A stretch of 55,513 nt of DNA from IMG/VR virus record IMGVR_UViG_3300030090_003604, positions 1 to 55,513 of that record. One strand, given 5' to 3'. Source of the stretch: a virus. Its lineage: Duplodnaviria; Caudoviricetes. The notes under the pieces are model-generated. The model was not told the DNA's origin. It saw nothing but the letters and a program-made list of their open reading frames with translations, and did not search any database. Position 1 is the first letter of the stretch. Each line of letters begins with the position of its first letter. Positions 55,513 through 55,513 of the stretch are shown here, one piece after another. The translations under genes were made by a program, and so were the position numbers.

Positions 55513-55513
55513 A

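Larger units (their letters stand above)
1..55513. mobile_element. Lambda-like siphovirus genome (probable Prochlorococcus/marine cyanophage), complete or near complete
   Basis: Contiguous terminase-portal-capsid-tail-fibre module plus replication and early modules; no cellular housekeeping genes; window ends 1 nt upstream of the terS ATG. Confidence 0.93.

Overview
The window looks like a complete or nearly complete genome of an AT-rich, lambda-like siphovirus. Its host is most likely a marine picocyanobacterium (Prochlorococcus-type): it carries cyanophage-type 2OG-Fe(II) oxygenases, a cyanophage-type membrane/secreted gene cluster and tail-fibre repeats, and a perfect cyanobacterial LexA box. 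Layout: 1-3.1 kb, extremely AT-rich terminal module with a Gp88-like gene; 3.3-9 kb, small early genes and a stand-alone NAD-ligase adenylation domain; 9.8-18 kb, replication/recombination (repeat-rich origin candidate, primase-helicase, VRR-NUC, C5 methyltransferase, SF2 helicase, RecE/RecT-like, SSB-like); 18-25.5 kb, accessory genes; 25.5-55.5 kb, morphogenesis on the minus strand from tail fibres to terminase. I recognised no integrase, endolysin, tRNA, reverse transcriptase or CRISPR array. Main unusual signals: (1) a strand-polar DNA motif system, CTGGAGAAA in 1-3 kb then (G)CGAGTC from a 24-bp-periodic array at 3.15 kb decaying to 17.5 kb, with a LexA box at the boundary; (2) a cytosine methyltransferase split over two nested reading frames; (3) a pseudoknotted intergenic RNA of about 210 nt; (4) a CTAG-N7-CTAG operator at a near-fixed distance from TATAAT; (5) a gpL lacking its Fe-S cysteines. 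All product calls come from recognising motifs by eye, with no database searches.
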